Notes: a model not told the origin generated them from the sequence alone. A stretch of DNA of 64,000 bases from Macrostomum lignano (GCA_002269645.1 NIVC01000921.1:344284-408283); one strand, 5' to 3'; counted from the stretch's first letter, positions 11,101 to 24,291 are shown. Numbers and translations: made by a program.

Positions 11101-14100
11101 ATGTCGCGCAAGTTCACATTTAAATCTTTTAAGTCAGGCGCCAGCGGTGACGCAGGCAATCGAAGTATATTGGACTTTACACTGACCTCGGATGCTGCTA
11201 GTAGCGAGCGGCCAGTAGGGCAGCAGAAGCAGACATTAGTCAGCAAAGCAACGTCTAACGCATCCAGCTCAAAGCCAAGCAGTCTCGGCAATCCGTTTAA
11301 ACTGGTGCCAACAGCCAAGGTGCCGCCAACTCCCGTGCACCATCAGCAACAGCCGGCCGGCGGAGAGGCCTCCCGGCCAACTCTGCTGTCAAGCGTCTAT
11401 GCCAGAGACTCACAGGTGGTGGATCTTCTTGCCAATCCAACATCCCAGCGGGCCCAGCAGCAGCTGTCCGCTTCAGACGCCGCGGCGATGCCTGAGCCGT
11501 CGGGCTACGAAGATGACGCCGATTTCATCGACGACTTTGATGACGAATTCGACTTTCGAATGCCGCTATCCATTAATCGATCGGACGTGCTTTCGTCTAC
11601 CACCCAGGCCGCGCCGACAACGCCCGCTACTTCGGCGGCTGCTGTTACTGCTGCCGCACCGACAGCCGCCGCCAATTCGTTGAAGACGGCATCGAACTTC
11701 CAGCCTGTCAGCGCTGGCAACCAGCAGCAGTTGGATGCCGACGATTCTCTGCCAACGCCAATTCCAAGCACCGGCCGCAAGCGCCAGCGAATTCAGTCGG
11801 ATTCGGATGACGACCAAAACGTCGGCGGCCATCGAATTGAGTTTCAAATTGACAACGACGACGACGATGATGACTTTGTTGTGGACGATGACTCCGCCGA
11901 TGTGGTCGAGGAGGAGGACGACTCGCCGCCCGACAACAACGACAGTACAGGCGATGCGGAGATCCGCCTGACGAAGCGAGTGTACAAGTCGATGCGCGGC
12001 ATCTGCGTGGCGGTTCGCGACTTGCCCTCCGGCCAGCTGTTCGACGCGTTCGGCCAGTCAGCTACGGACGTCTTCCGCCTGCTTGGAGAGCTGCGCGGCC
12101 ATCTAGATAGCGACGCGTCAGCTTCGACTTCAACCGTTGCTAAGCAACAGACGCCTAAAAGCGCGACAGAGGGTAAACAAAAGCCGAAGCCGGCTCAAGC
12201 GACCGCGGCTGCCGCCACCCTGCCAGAGCCGGAGCGGAAGCCGCTGTTCAAGCGGACCCGCGGCGCCATCGACTCCAGTGGACTGGACTTTGGCATCAAC
12301 GCCTCATTTTCGATGACAGCGTCAGCTTCGGCCAGCTCTGTTGTTGGCGCATCTAAACCTGCGGTAGCTGCTGCCGTCGCTGATAAGCAGCCAATGCCGG
12401 CAATTCGTGCCTCGCTCGATTTCGACTGTCCAACCTCGAAGCCTTCGATGTTGTCAGTCAACTCGGCTGAGCCTCCCAAACCAAAAAAGACGCTGACAGC
12501 GGCCGAAGCCACCGCCGGAGATGACTACGTGCCGTTAGAGGCGCGTCAATCGAAATGGACCTCGGCCGTGGCTAACGCCGCCGTGCCCGCCCACGCCGGA
12601 GCCGCGGCCACGAAGCAGCCGGACCACTCGGCTGAATTCGGCGGCGAGGCCTATCCGCACTCGGACCGGGTGCGGCTCGCCTTCCGAGAGGTGTTCGGCT
12701 TGAAAGAGTTCCGTCGCAACCAGCTGCAGGCTATTAACGCCTGCTTGCTTGGCCACGACACGTTTGTGCTGATGCCTACGGGCGGCGGCAAGAGCCTGTG
12801 CTATCAGCTGCCAGCTGTTGTCACTGACGGCTGCACCGTGGTGGTGTCCCCTCTGCTGTCGCTCATCACCGACCAAGTTAATAAGCTGACGTCTCTAGGC
12901 ATTAGAACCTACCAGCTGACTGGAGACATATCGCCGCAGCAGCAGGATCAGGTGTTTGCCATGCTCACTAATTCTAGCGGCTGTCAGGTGCAGCTGTTAT
13001 ATGTGACGCCTGAAAAGATTAGCCAATCTGATAAACTGCAGCGGTGCTTCTCTGTTCTGTATCAGCGCGGCAAATTAGACAGATTTGTTATTGACGAGGC
13101 CCACTGCGTCAGCCAATGGGGCCACGATTTTAGGCAGGATTATCGAAATTTAAATCGGCTAAGAACTTCTTTTCCAAATGTGCCAATGATGGCTTTAACT
13201 GCGACGGCTACGCCTCAGGTAGGCCCTGTGGTGCTTCTAAATGTAGTGTATTAAATGTTGTGTTGTGACAACTTTACAGTAGTCCTATAAATTGTAAATA
13301 ATGGTTATAGTTTAATTGCTTCGCTCAAAACAGTGCGGCGAAATCTCAAGATACTAGATTAACTACATGTTAAGTTGTGATAAAATGGAGCGTCTACTCT
13401 GATTTCAGTTTTTAGGGTAGGTTAGGGTTAGGGACGAATGTTGGATTTAGGTTAGGGTTATTATGGTAGGTTGTGTTTAGGTTGGGGTAGGTTGAGTTTA
13501 GGTCAGAGTAGACTGGGTTTAGGGTAGGTTGGATTTAGATTAGAGTAGGTTGGGTTTAGGTTAGGGTAGGTTGGGTTTAGGTTAGGGTAGGTTGGGTTTA
13601 GGTTAGGGTAGGTTGGGTTTAGGTTAGGGTAGGTTGGGTTTAGGTTAGGGTAGACTGGGTTTAGGGTAGGTTGGATTTAGATTAGAGTTAGGTTGGGTTT
13701 GAGTTTAGGTTGGGTTTGAGTTTAGGTTGGGTTTAGGTTAGAGTTAGGTAGGGTTTGGTTTAGGCAGGCTAAGGGTTGGGGTTTCGGTTGGCGAACAATT
13801 CGTTGCTGATCTGTCGGCAGTGAAATGCTTACTATAGATATATCTGTAGATACTCGTATATAGTGGATGTGTGGATATATAATTCAATATGCCCCCCGCA
13901 GGTTCGCCTGGACATCGAGAAGCAGCTGGGCCTGCGTAAGCAGGACACTAAATGGTTCACTTCGTCGTTTAATAGGCCCAACCTGCGCTACCAAGTCGAA
14001 CAGAAGCGAGGCACTAAAAGCGTTGACCAAGTAATTGAAACTATTAATAAATCGTATCGCAGCCAGAGCGGCATTGTCTATTGCCTGTCTAGGAAAGAGT

Positions 14101-16122
14101 GCGAGCAGGTGGCCACCGCCCTGTGCAAGGCGGGCATCAAGGCCCGGCCCTATCACGCCGGCCTGTCCGATACCAAGAGGCGCGAAGTGCTGCAAGACTG
14201 GCTGCAGGAGGCCACTTGTAAAGTTGTGTGCGCCACCATAGCATTCGGCATGGGCATTGATAAGGCCGACGTTCGATTCGTCATTCACTATTCTTTGCCG
14301 AAGTCTATCGAAGGCTTCTACCAGGAGGCTGGCCGAGCTGGCCGGGACGGCCGGCCGTCCACCTGCCTGCTGCTGTTCTGCTATTCGGACAAAGTCCGTC
14401 TGCAGCGCCTCATCGAAGGCGAACAGGGTGGCAGTTTTGAGACCCGGCAGATCCATCACAGCAACCTGAACAGCATGGTGTCCTACTGCATTAACGTCAC
14501 CGACTGTAGGCGAGCCCAGCTGTTAACTTACTTTGGCGAGTATTTCGACAAATCCGATTGCGACGCTATGCGTGGCTGCGCCTGCGACAACTGCAATAAT
14601 AGGGCCGAGTTCGAAGAGCGCGACTTTACTAAACAGGCCACCACTGTTGTTGATCTGGTGCGCCAATTGCTGGAGAGCCAGCGGATTAAACTGGCGCCCG
14701 GCCAGCTCGTGCAGTTCTTTAGGCGGCTGCAGAATGCCCGGTTGACTAGCCTGGGCCTAACTAGTCACGCCATGTACGGCAGTCTCAGCCACATTAACAC
14801 CTCCGATATGGAGCGCCTAGTGCGCAAGCTAATCTGCGATCAGTACCTGGCTGAGGAGCTGGTATCCCAGGGCGACCACGTATTCACCTATGCCGTGCCT
14901 GGCCCGCGCTCTGCCCTGCTGCAGCAGCCCGGTCACCGGTTTCTGCTGGCAATCAAGGTAAGGAAGAGTTGTCTGTTGCGGTTTGGGTATTTGCATTACT
15001 GCTCCATTCCGCCCACTCCCCTGAGCAGGCACACAAGCGCGCGGATACACAGGTACACATTCACACAGGAGTGTACAGCGGCCCTAACTTTATTTATTTA
15101 TCGTTAGGCATGTACAATTCACAAGTGCCTTGGGGTTGGCCATGAAGCTTGGTGTTAATTGCTTGAGCAAACCCAAGTCGAAATTCCAATTTTTAGCTCC
15201 AAATTAGTGTGAATGTGACTGCACTTGGAATCGAGCCTGCGCCGCTAGTACATAAGAGCGCCGCGCTACATCACCGGGCTACGGTACCCCCCCCCCCCCT
15301 ATTAGCGGTACTCACTCAACATTAATCGTTAATCGCGATAAAGCTAACGAGCTTAACAATCACAGGCCCTAGTAGGACTCTGACTTATGGATATGAAAAA
15401 TCTAAGCGAAAAATCCTACTGATCAGTGTGTGCAACCTAAGACCCCCCGCCTATAATTATCCCCGACGCCGCAGGTGTCCAACCGAGCCGCGGCAGCCAA
15501 TCAGGACGACAAGAAGCCAATGGACAAGTACGCCCAGGCCAAGGAGAGCTGCTTGAACGATCTAACCAAGATAGCCAAAGAGTTGGCCATGGACAAGGGC
15601 GTGAAGAACTACACTAACGTGTTCCCTACTGAGTGCCTGCGCGAGATTGCCGAGCGCCTGCCAACCACAGTGACAGAATTGCTAACCATCACCGGCATGA
15701 CCCAAGCCAAGGTGGAAAATCTTGGCGCTGATAAATTCCTAATCACTACTCAGGACTACCTACTGCTAACTGAGACTATGCGAGCCGAGGAGCGCGAGGC
15801 CGAGGAGAAGGCGCGAAGGCTGGCCGCCCAGTCCGCTCCAGTCGCCATGTCCGCTAGCGGCTCCGGCGGCGGTGGCGCCAGCGGCAACCGGTCCAAGTAC
15901 TTTGCCGGCCGGAAGTGGCGCAAAGGTCGGGGTGCCGGCAGGCAGCGAAAAGCGGCGTCAACTTCCGGCGGCGGTGGCGCCAGTGCTTCCGGCAGCAGCT
16001 CGACTGGCGCTTCCGGTTCCGGCTGGTTGAGTAAAAAATCCGGCGTTGGCGCTGCTGGCAAGAAGCCGCAGTTTCTCAATTTAAAACAGGGTCGCGCATT
16101 TGCGGCCGCTGCCAGAAAATGA
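11101..16122 (+). CDS. BLM: Bloom syndrome-like RecQ DNA helicase, 3 exons (11101-13218, 13902-14957, 15475-16122), ~1273 aa
   Basis: RecQ motifs [79 protein letters not shown]; RQC Zn knuckle CRR..YFGE..CDNC; HRDC-like exon 3; long acidic/disordered N-terminus. All introns GT-AG, phase 0, frame intact. Confidence 0.9.
13410..13790 (+). repeat. Telomere-like G-rich repeat, 21-bp unit TTAGGTTAGGGTAGGTTGGGT, in BLM intron 1
   Basis: Several near-perfect units around 13555-13650 with degenerate flanks. Confidence 0.85.
14993..15287 (-). mobile_element. tRNA-derived SINE, family A, copy 1 (BLM intron 2)
   Basis: B-box-like GGCTCGATTCC on the minus strand; body homologous to 42080-42415 and 49240-49600. 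Confidence 0.75.
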
Positions 16123-17460
16123 ATTGTGTTTCTGGTTGCATTTCCTGAGAATTAGAAGCAATATTCCCTGGCTGTACATTATCGAATTTAAATGTTCCCT
16201 TAACTGATGACTTAGCAAACATACAAATGTATTGTCAATCGAAATTTGGGTCTGCCTTAAAATTTTCCACTAATTTGATTTGTTCCCAGCAATCCTTTTA
16301 GTCAAAGCCTCGAGCAGTATGTTTCAAACAAATATTTGAAATTGCCCGAAACAAATACTTCTAATCTGGATATTATAAATGGCTATGAAAAAAACAATCA
16401 AATCTTGTTCTAGATTTGAAATATTTTCTATAATTAAGCATTATGAAATTATGCATTTGTAGTGCTAACTTACCATCTGATTCTCAAGAATTCCCAGCAT
16501 TTCTTACTCAGCCCGTTAGTTTAAAAGCATTTTTGCATCTCAGTCTCCATCAAACCTATTTCGTGCTTTTTTTGTCTCAGATTTATACACTCGCTTTCTG
16601 TTGCTTGTTCTGTTCATGCTTCCTGCCATTTTTATTCAATTTCTGTAATTTAAAACAGGTGTAAAGTTTTTTATCGCTATTTAATCTAATGTGATTTTTG
16701 GTCTTGCTAGCTAACTCGTTTATTACGTTTAAGTCGGTCTTTGCTGCTATTTTAAATTCAATTCACATTTAGAACATTTAGCTCCGTTTAATCATCAAAA
16801 TCTTACTAAACAATATTGCATTTATTATTGATGCGGTGATGTTAGATTCATCTTGTTTCCTGTATTGTAGGTTTAATTCTTAACGGGAGACTGCTAATTT
16901 GGTTCGATTGCCTAGAACCGCATACTACTTTCTATCTTGTGTGTTTTCATTCATTACTCACATAATGCCTCGTAAAAACAAACTGTAATTTTGTTAATTT
17001 ATTACATGCTTAGGCCAAAAAATAATATTTCAAAATAAAAATTCTTACAGACAAAAAACTACAGCTTGTCAGTAAGACTGATATTTAAAAGTATTTGAAT
17101 GAGATTTGAATGTTGAAATTAAATTTAAAGCTTTTGACGTGATTGATCATAGAACGAATCAACAATTCTGAAAAAGTCGAAATCGACTTTTCAAAAAAGC
17201 AGTGTAGTATGGCTACTTACTACAATACAAATAAGACTTGCTCCCAGAGTTAAAACTTTTACGCTACTGCAGACTTTCAAAGTTTAGGAGCTTGATCGTC
17301 CCCTCAAACGCGCTAGGTTAGGGTAAGTATGTATTAATACATGCACATGTATCTTCGTCAAGGAGCACTTTTGTGCAGTCAGTCAATACTTGACAAAGAG
17401 GACGATGTACACGTATGGTTAAATTATAAACACAAATGCATAGTTTTTAACTGGGTGGGA

Positions 17461-17502
17461 ACCAAGGACCACTGTACATAGCTATATACAGTGGTCCTTG
17501 GT
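17461..17502. other. 42-bp near-perfect palindrome
   Basis: 16-bp arms ACCAAGGACCACTGTA / TACAGTGGTCCTTGGT around a 10-nt spacer, overlapped by a 9-bp direct repeat GTGGGAACC (17455-17463, 17501-17509). Confidence 0.8.
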
Positions 17503-18069
17503 GGGAACCCTGGCTAGGAAAACAGGCCCCTTTGGTAGTACTATAATTCTTACCAAATTTAACTAAAGCTAAAAGTTCTGAAGAGCAAAATTTCTTTAAC
17601 TTTAAATATGTTTCTGCCAGAAATTGCAAGCACTGTTTAAATAATTTAATCTGTTGACGTAGCTAAATTATGTTATAGTGCAATGATATTTTAATTTCTG
17701 TTTCTACGAATTACGGTCTTTACAAAAATTAAAACTGACTTGTGAGCGATTGTAAAATGTAGGACTACTTGCAGTTAAGTTAGTTACATTTTAATCACAT
17801 TCTGTATTCTGATTACTTACTAACCACTGCAACTTATCATCAAGCGTGGTTCACGTATGCATTGCTTGTTAATCTTATCAGCATTTGGAAATAATTTAAT
17901 GAAACTTGCATAATTTTTTACTGTTACTACCATTTAATTTATTGGGTCTATTAGACCTAGGGCCTAGTTTAATAGTTGCATTTTTTCATAATATATTATG
18001 TAATTATGCACCATGACTATAATTGTATATACTATATAGTGTTAGGGCCTATTATAGACCTATTGTCAC

Positions 18070-20621
18070 CCATAGTCAGTGATGGGCACCACTAAATTAT
18101 TTTTAGCGCCACTAATTAGCACTGTCGCTAACTGATAGAAGAAAAAAATTAGTGATTGCTAATTAGTGGGCGCTATTTCTACTTTGAATTTAGCGCAATT
18201 AGCACTGCTAATTTTGAAGTGCACTGATTAATAAATATATTTTTAAGATAATATTTAATATAAATTTATTTAATATAAACAGCCATTTCACATGTATTTA
18301 ATGCATTTTTGCACATTTTTAACTCACATGTTTTAAATGAATAATGTATAATGCTTTTGCTATAATTTGTTTTTATTTATCAATCCTAATAAAAAATCCT
18401 CAAGCCACGGAACTGTCAAAGCAATAGTTGGTGGAAATAGTTCCTAAATTACTATGTTTTTTGCCTTGAAAATGTCAAGGGCCCTTGCTACTGGGGCCAT
18501 GGCCTTCTTATACTCAAGAAAGAAGGCAAGATCATCAGTGAAACATTGATATGGGATTTATTAACCCCACCATCACCCTGTTGATATAGTCTGTTGCTTT
18601 GCATCAACGCTTAGAATACTGTATTAACTGAGTTGAATGTTGAATTCTTTGATTAAATTATCAAATTAAATTAAATTAATCAACAACTTTTTGCTAACAA
18701 ATTAAAAGTAGTAAGAAAACTTTTGAAAGTCAATGACAAAAACAAGATCAATTGTGGATAACAAAAGCAAAAAAAGATATTCAAATTTCGTTTCACATTT
18801 CTAAGAAAATTAAAAACATTAGAGATATTATAGCCTATAGGTGGATTTAGATAATTTTTAACTTATTACTTAAATGGGGTCTTATTTTAAGTATTAAACA
18901 GGCATTAACCATCTAGTTTTATAGCAAAAAATGAATTTAGTGCAGTTAGCCATTTTTAGAAAATATTAGTAGCGCTTTGATAGTGCCCACTAACTGGAAT
19001 TTCAATTTAGTAGAATTAGTGGCGCTAACAAAACATTAGTGGCGCTTTAGTGGAATTCAAATTTAGTAGCGCTAGTGCCCATCACTGCCCATAGTCAGGA
19101 AGATAGCCTTTTTCACGAAAATTCTGGCACAAAAAGGGTTTGGACCCATAGTCAGGATGATGTATATTATGCCAGAAATTTCCAGCGTACAATTAAAAAT
19201 TTTACTTTTTTGGCGTATAATTGGCATAAAAAACAAGGCAAAATATATTTGGCATACCTTTTGGCATGACGCTGTGGTGTAAATAAATTGTTGGCATAAT
19301 GCCATAACCTCAGAATCTTATTATAAAATCATAAAAACCATTAAACTTATAAGATGAAAGTTCAAATTTAAAAATTTAAAATTCCATGCAAACTAATTGT
19401 GTAATTTTCTAAAAAACTTAATCAAAAACTAGTGCATTGTATTTGGTGAATGAAGCGGGTAAAGTAGAGGTGTTTATAAAGTAGGCAAAAATGTGTAACA
19501 AGCAAAAAAGGTCATTTATTGTCATAAAGCCTAGAAAACCTGGCCTAAGTTCCTAGGACCTTGGCATACATTTCAGTATAAAGTGGCATAGATTTTTTAG
19601 GGGACTTTTTATTCTAGCGTATACCATGATATGATCCTGACTATAGCGTTGGACATGCGCTGCACTGGCACATTCTGGTGCAAAAGCAGGCAAGGGAAAA
19701 AAATCCGGCACAGTATGGCGCAGGACAAAAAATTGGCACAATTTGATGCAAGAAAAATCTTCCAATGAGACAATATTTTCTCTAACAGAAAATTAGCATA
19801 TAGAATTTCTTGTTATTAGTACTTTTTGTTTGCTAGTGTATTGATGGCTTTTTAATTAATTTACATTAATATGCATTTTCTATGAAACTGATTTAAATAC
19901 AAGTTTTACTGCCAACTGGTATTTTTTATATGGAAAATTACTTGTTTTTGCATTTTTTTAAAGTTGTGGTATACAGCGCAAGCAAACTTTTTTGATAAAA
20001 ATAGTTCCTATGCATGGCGCAAGCCAAAGTTAGAAAGGCAGTAAATTTCACTGAATTTTCCGGCATAAATTGGCCATTTCTCTAGCATACTCGGTGCATT
20101 TGGTGCAAAAGGATAAATGATATCCTGCAACTTGGCACAGTTGGTGCATAGGATAGATTCCATTGATCAGTAAATAATAATATAATCAAGCAGCCTTTGT
20201 GATAGGCCTATATATTTCTTGTATTTTCAGATATTTTGTTATTACAACTATAGTAACTTTAACAACAATTGGTCATTTACCTAACAAAATTTTATAGAAC
20301 TTTTACAACAATTGTTAATTTACTTAATAAAATTTATGGAACTTTGACAAAAAAGTTATTTTTTAATGAACATTTAAACAAATTCATAAACAGCATTTTT
20401 AACTATTCTAAGTACCGGTGCATGGCCCAAAGAAAAAAATTGCTTTGGCGCATGGTACATTAAAAAAAAATAGGGGAAATTTATTCTGGCGCACATGGCA
20501 TACCTTCCTGACTATGGGGCGCAAGCAAACCTTTTTGATAAGATTTTTTCAGCTCATGGTGCAATCAAACTTTTTTGATAAAATTCATTTCAGCGTAGGC
20601 ATGCTATGATCCTGACTGTAG
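18070..20621. mobile_element. Older non-autonomous TIR element (~1.5 kb) whose left end is the target of the hAT-like insertion
   Basis: 8-bp TSD ATTGTCAC (18062-18069, 20622-20629); imperfect TIRs CCATAGTCAGGA / TCCTGACTGTAG; internal copies of the TIR motif near 19148, 19637 and 20504; many TGGCAYA/TGGCGCA motifs. Confidence 0.6.
18077..19087. mobile_element. Non-autonomous hAT-like element (1011 bp)
   Basis: Perfect 13-bp TIRs CAGTGATGGGCAC / GTGCCCATCACTG; 8-bp TSD CCCATAGT (18069-18076, 19088-19095); subterminal TAGCGC/GCACTA motifs. Confidence 0.85.
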
Positions 20622-21837
20622 ATTGTCACTTATGTATTATTATTGTATGCAGGGCCTACGGTATGGCCAAATAATAGGCCCTAAAAAATTCAGGTTAGAT
20701 GGCTCACTTTTCTTGGAAAATAAATAAAGAGGCTAAAAATCAACATATAGGTTGTTAAAATGCATTTAGGAAGGTGCATTGTTTGCATTAGTGCAGTTTC
20801 ATTTGTGAAATTATTTTCTATTGAATTTGTGCCAGTTCCAATGATTAGTAATGCTAATGACATTTTAATGTCACAGTCACGTCAGTATATTTAATGTCAT
20901 ATATTTCACAAAATCATTTTTATTTGAATTTATGCCAGTGCCAAGAATTTAATTTGATGATTTGTATGATAAAGATGTGGCAAAAAGTCTACCTTGTAAG
21001 TTATCTATGGCCCAAAGGTGTGGTGTCTCATGCAGTCTGATAATTGCTGAGTGGGAAAAGGGGAATAGCAGAAAGCATTTTTACAGTCTATTTTTTCTAA
21101 AGCAAAAAGTATTCTTATAAGTATATCTTATCACTTTGACCAAAAATGGCTAGATGTCCACCTAGGCCACCTAGGCCAATAGTTGATCCATAACTATACA
21201 CTATACATATACTAAACTAGGCCTACAAACTCCTTTTCAAGTTTACAGTTGTGTTTATTGTTATAAACAAACCAACAAATGTTTTACATGTTACAACAGT
21301 TTCTTGCACTACTAGGAATAAGAAAATAAAATTAAAATTATTAGTTTTGCTAAATTCAATAGAAAAAAATTGTGAATCAAACTACACTAGTACCGCATTG
21401 TCAGGTATATTGTTTAAAACCCATAGTCTTAGATCATGCTAGATGCATGCTTGAATAGAAATTGAATAGTTACAAATGCATGTCTAAAAAATTAAGTGCA
21501 TGCCCACACTCTCAAATCTAGGCTAGTATTGCAGTAATAAATGACCTTTTTTGCATTGCAATAGTAAATGGCCTTTTGCCTTGCATAAAAAGATTATTAC
21601 TCACTAAGCTTATTCAACTAATAATTTAGCTGATTATTTATCTTTCTTGCTTACTATAATATTCATTATAGAAAATCAATATGCTGAAACATTTTTTCAA
21701 GGACTACTTAAGAAGGACTGAATAGGGCCCATTCCAAGTTTGTGAAAAAAAAAATTTGAAGGCCAAATTATGCAGTTGTGCCATGTCTAAACAGATTGAT
21801 AAAATGAGTAGATTTTTGCTCAGGATATAGTTTCATA

Positions 21838-22004
21838 CAGTGGCAGATCCAGAGGGGGGGCAGGGGGGTGGCTGCCCCCCCTCTTTTGCCATGGCTGAAC
21901 TTGCATGTAAATGGGGAGTATTGCAATTTTTGGCTTATTTTGGGCTAACCCAAAAAGTTAAGCCAATCCACCCCCCTACTTTCAAAATCCTGGATCTGCC
22001 ACTG
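21838..22004. mobile_element. hAT-like MITE (167 bp)
   Basis: 15-bp TIRs CAGTGGCAGATCCAG / CTGGATCTGCCACTG; 8-bp TSD GTTTCATA (21830-21837, 22005-22012). Confidence 0.9.
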
Positions 22005-22865
22005 GTTTCATATGCTTTTTTTGATTGCTGCATGGGCTTTTATTTATTCTTCCCAGAATACAAAAAATGACTTTTTAGTATAGTACCCCATAGATTGCAT
22101 GCCTTTCAATACAAAATCTTTACTTCTTTTTGGCAATAAAAAGTAACATATACCACATTTATTAACCAATAAAAATAAGTAATGCTCACAGTCAGTTCAA
22201 TTAGCTAACCTTTTGACTTTGAAGTTAAGTTAGTGCCAAGAAACAAGAGGATTGTTTTAGGTCATGAGTAAAAATGGGATACAAAAAGTAATGTATTTAT
22301 GAAATACAATTGGAAACAAGTAGATAAATAGTAGATATTAGAAATAATTAGAGATATTTGAAATATTGACTAGACAAAGCTCCAATCTAAATTCCACTAA
22401 AGTTATTGCAAGAGAGATATAAAGACAATTTTTGGCTATTGCTATCAATGAAAACATAAATAATGTCAACTCATTCTAAGAACATCACAAAAACAATTGA
22501 ATTTCACAGATCAGTAAAAATAATATTGCTTAAAAAACTATACACAAATAAATTTTTAATGATAATTAGCAACATTCAAACAAAAATTAATTCATGGAAA
22601 CAAAATATAGTATGGCATATTAATTAAGCAGATTATGAGACTTTAAGAATAGACTGCTGCTTTGAAGAATATTTATCTATTCAAGGATCCTGTCACAATT
22701 GGGCCATCATAATCCCAACCCACCTTAAAGTTTAGTCTTTGAACTAATAGACATAAAAAACTCCATTGTACAATTAAAACAATATAGAAGTAGAATTTAT
22801 TATTATAGTTATCCTAGGAACTAATTCTGTCAATGGCATTGAATGGGTCTCAACAGATCCATTTC

Positions 22866-23036
22866 AGTTCTCAACCTTTTTTTCAGGCAACCCTAATTTA
22901 TTCACTTGCCTTATTTTTTAATGCTTGCAACCCCTTAATAATCAATATAATGCATCATTAAGTATGATGTACTCACACATTTCTTAGTGCTGCGACCCTG
23001 AGAAAATGGTCACGCGACCCATAGGTTGAGAACAAT
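22866..23036. mobile_element. Degenerate hAT-type MITE
   Basis: 10-bp inverted repeat GTTCTCAACC / GGTTGAGAAC with GGTCACGCGACCC near the right end; no clear TSD. Confidence 0.4.
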
Positions 23037-23276
23037 TGGTCTAACTCATCTGCAACTTGGGCTTGCTGACTTAGTAGTACCCCACACTTTGTAGCTCTTT
23101 TGCTCCTTAATGATAGTAATGCAAGCTGAGTTATAACATCAACATGTAATATAATTAACATAAATATATTGGATAAGCATAAATGCAATTAATAACCTTG
23201 TAAATTAGGAAAAAAACATCTTGATGCAGTTTGTTGCAATGTACTTTGTCAAAAGCTAGGGAAGATATTAGAAGGA

Positions 23277-23504
23277 TCAATGGGATATAGAAACTGCTTC
23301 ACTTTCATTGGGGTTATGTGGCCAATGTGATTTATAGACCCCCATGGCTTTGAAATTGCCTGAAATAGTTATAAAGAAATGAAAGTATATTCTCATATTG
23401 GAACATTCATGTTCATCGTTGGGAAATCCAAAGTCTATTGTCTTAGTATTGTGCTTAGTATAATTCCTTTTGCAACCTAGTATGCAACATTTAGTTGGCA
23501 TCAA
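23277..23504 (-). pseudogene. Degenerate THAP zinc-finger fragment (probable P-type transposase relic)
   Basis: MPTKCCILGCKRNY...FGFPNDE...VYKSHW resembles THAP (MP.xC...C...F.FP...W...C..HF), but the conserved Trp and third Cys are lost. Confidence 0.45.
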
Positions 23505-24050
23505 ACAATTTGCTTAGCAATTAGTTGACACCCAGAATTTCAAAGTGCTAAAATGTGGATATAAAATATCAATATAGTTTACCTGTTGCAGCTGAATTAT
23601 TATGGCCTACTAAATTTTAGAAGACCAAGAAATAAAATAGTGAATATGAAATGCAATTAAATGATAATAATACTTTTTTTTTAGCTATACAATCCTTAAA
23701 AAGTATATTCATTATATACTAAAGATAGAATGATGATTATAACTATAAATAAAATATAGAATTATTTTCATAAGAAATATATAGAGGCATGGAGCCTTAA
23801 TATGCAACATTTTGACTTGCAATATATTGTTCAACCTAAAAGAAAAGTATTAAGCCACTTTGGCCACATTACTCTTTATTACTTTCTTAAACTGTTTACT
23901 AAGAAAAATAATTGGAAAAGTCAATTTTGAATAACAATTTTATTTATCTAAACCATGTCTGCAACTATTGGCATTGGTAGTTAGGTAAGTAGTTAGGCAG
24001 GTAGGCTATTGAAAACTCTATAACTTTCTCATAGTTTATAGCAATAGGTA

Positions 24051-24291
24051 CATACATGCACAACAGTTGGCCGAGTCGGCTCACCAATTTGGCAGCCAAC
24101 CAAGGTAAGTTGCAAAAATGCCCACCTGAATAAATACCCAAGTAGTACTAAGTAGATAACGAGACATTTTGCCTTAATAAGACAATCATAGTTACTCCTG
24201 CCGTTTACCCAAACTTGAGTTAATTTTGCTTTAGTGTTTCTTTTACATGTAAGTTGCATTTTTTGGCCAAAAACTATGTCACATTTTTGTT
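24051..24291. mobile_element. Second, one-end-truncated copy of the 28S-carrying MITE, opposite orientation to 6285-6581
   Basis: TIR CATACATGCACAAC at 24051-24064, body homologous to copy 1, 28S-like core on the minus strand at 24148-24210 (GGGTAAACGGCAGGAGTAACTATGATTGTCTTATTAAGGCAAAATGTCTCGTTATCTACTTAG). Confidence 0.8.

Noticed and set aside
8847-13790. Chromosome end suggested by TTAGGG-like repeats
   Set aside because: The arrays are short, interstitial, and flanked by TE and gene sequence on both sides.
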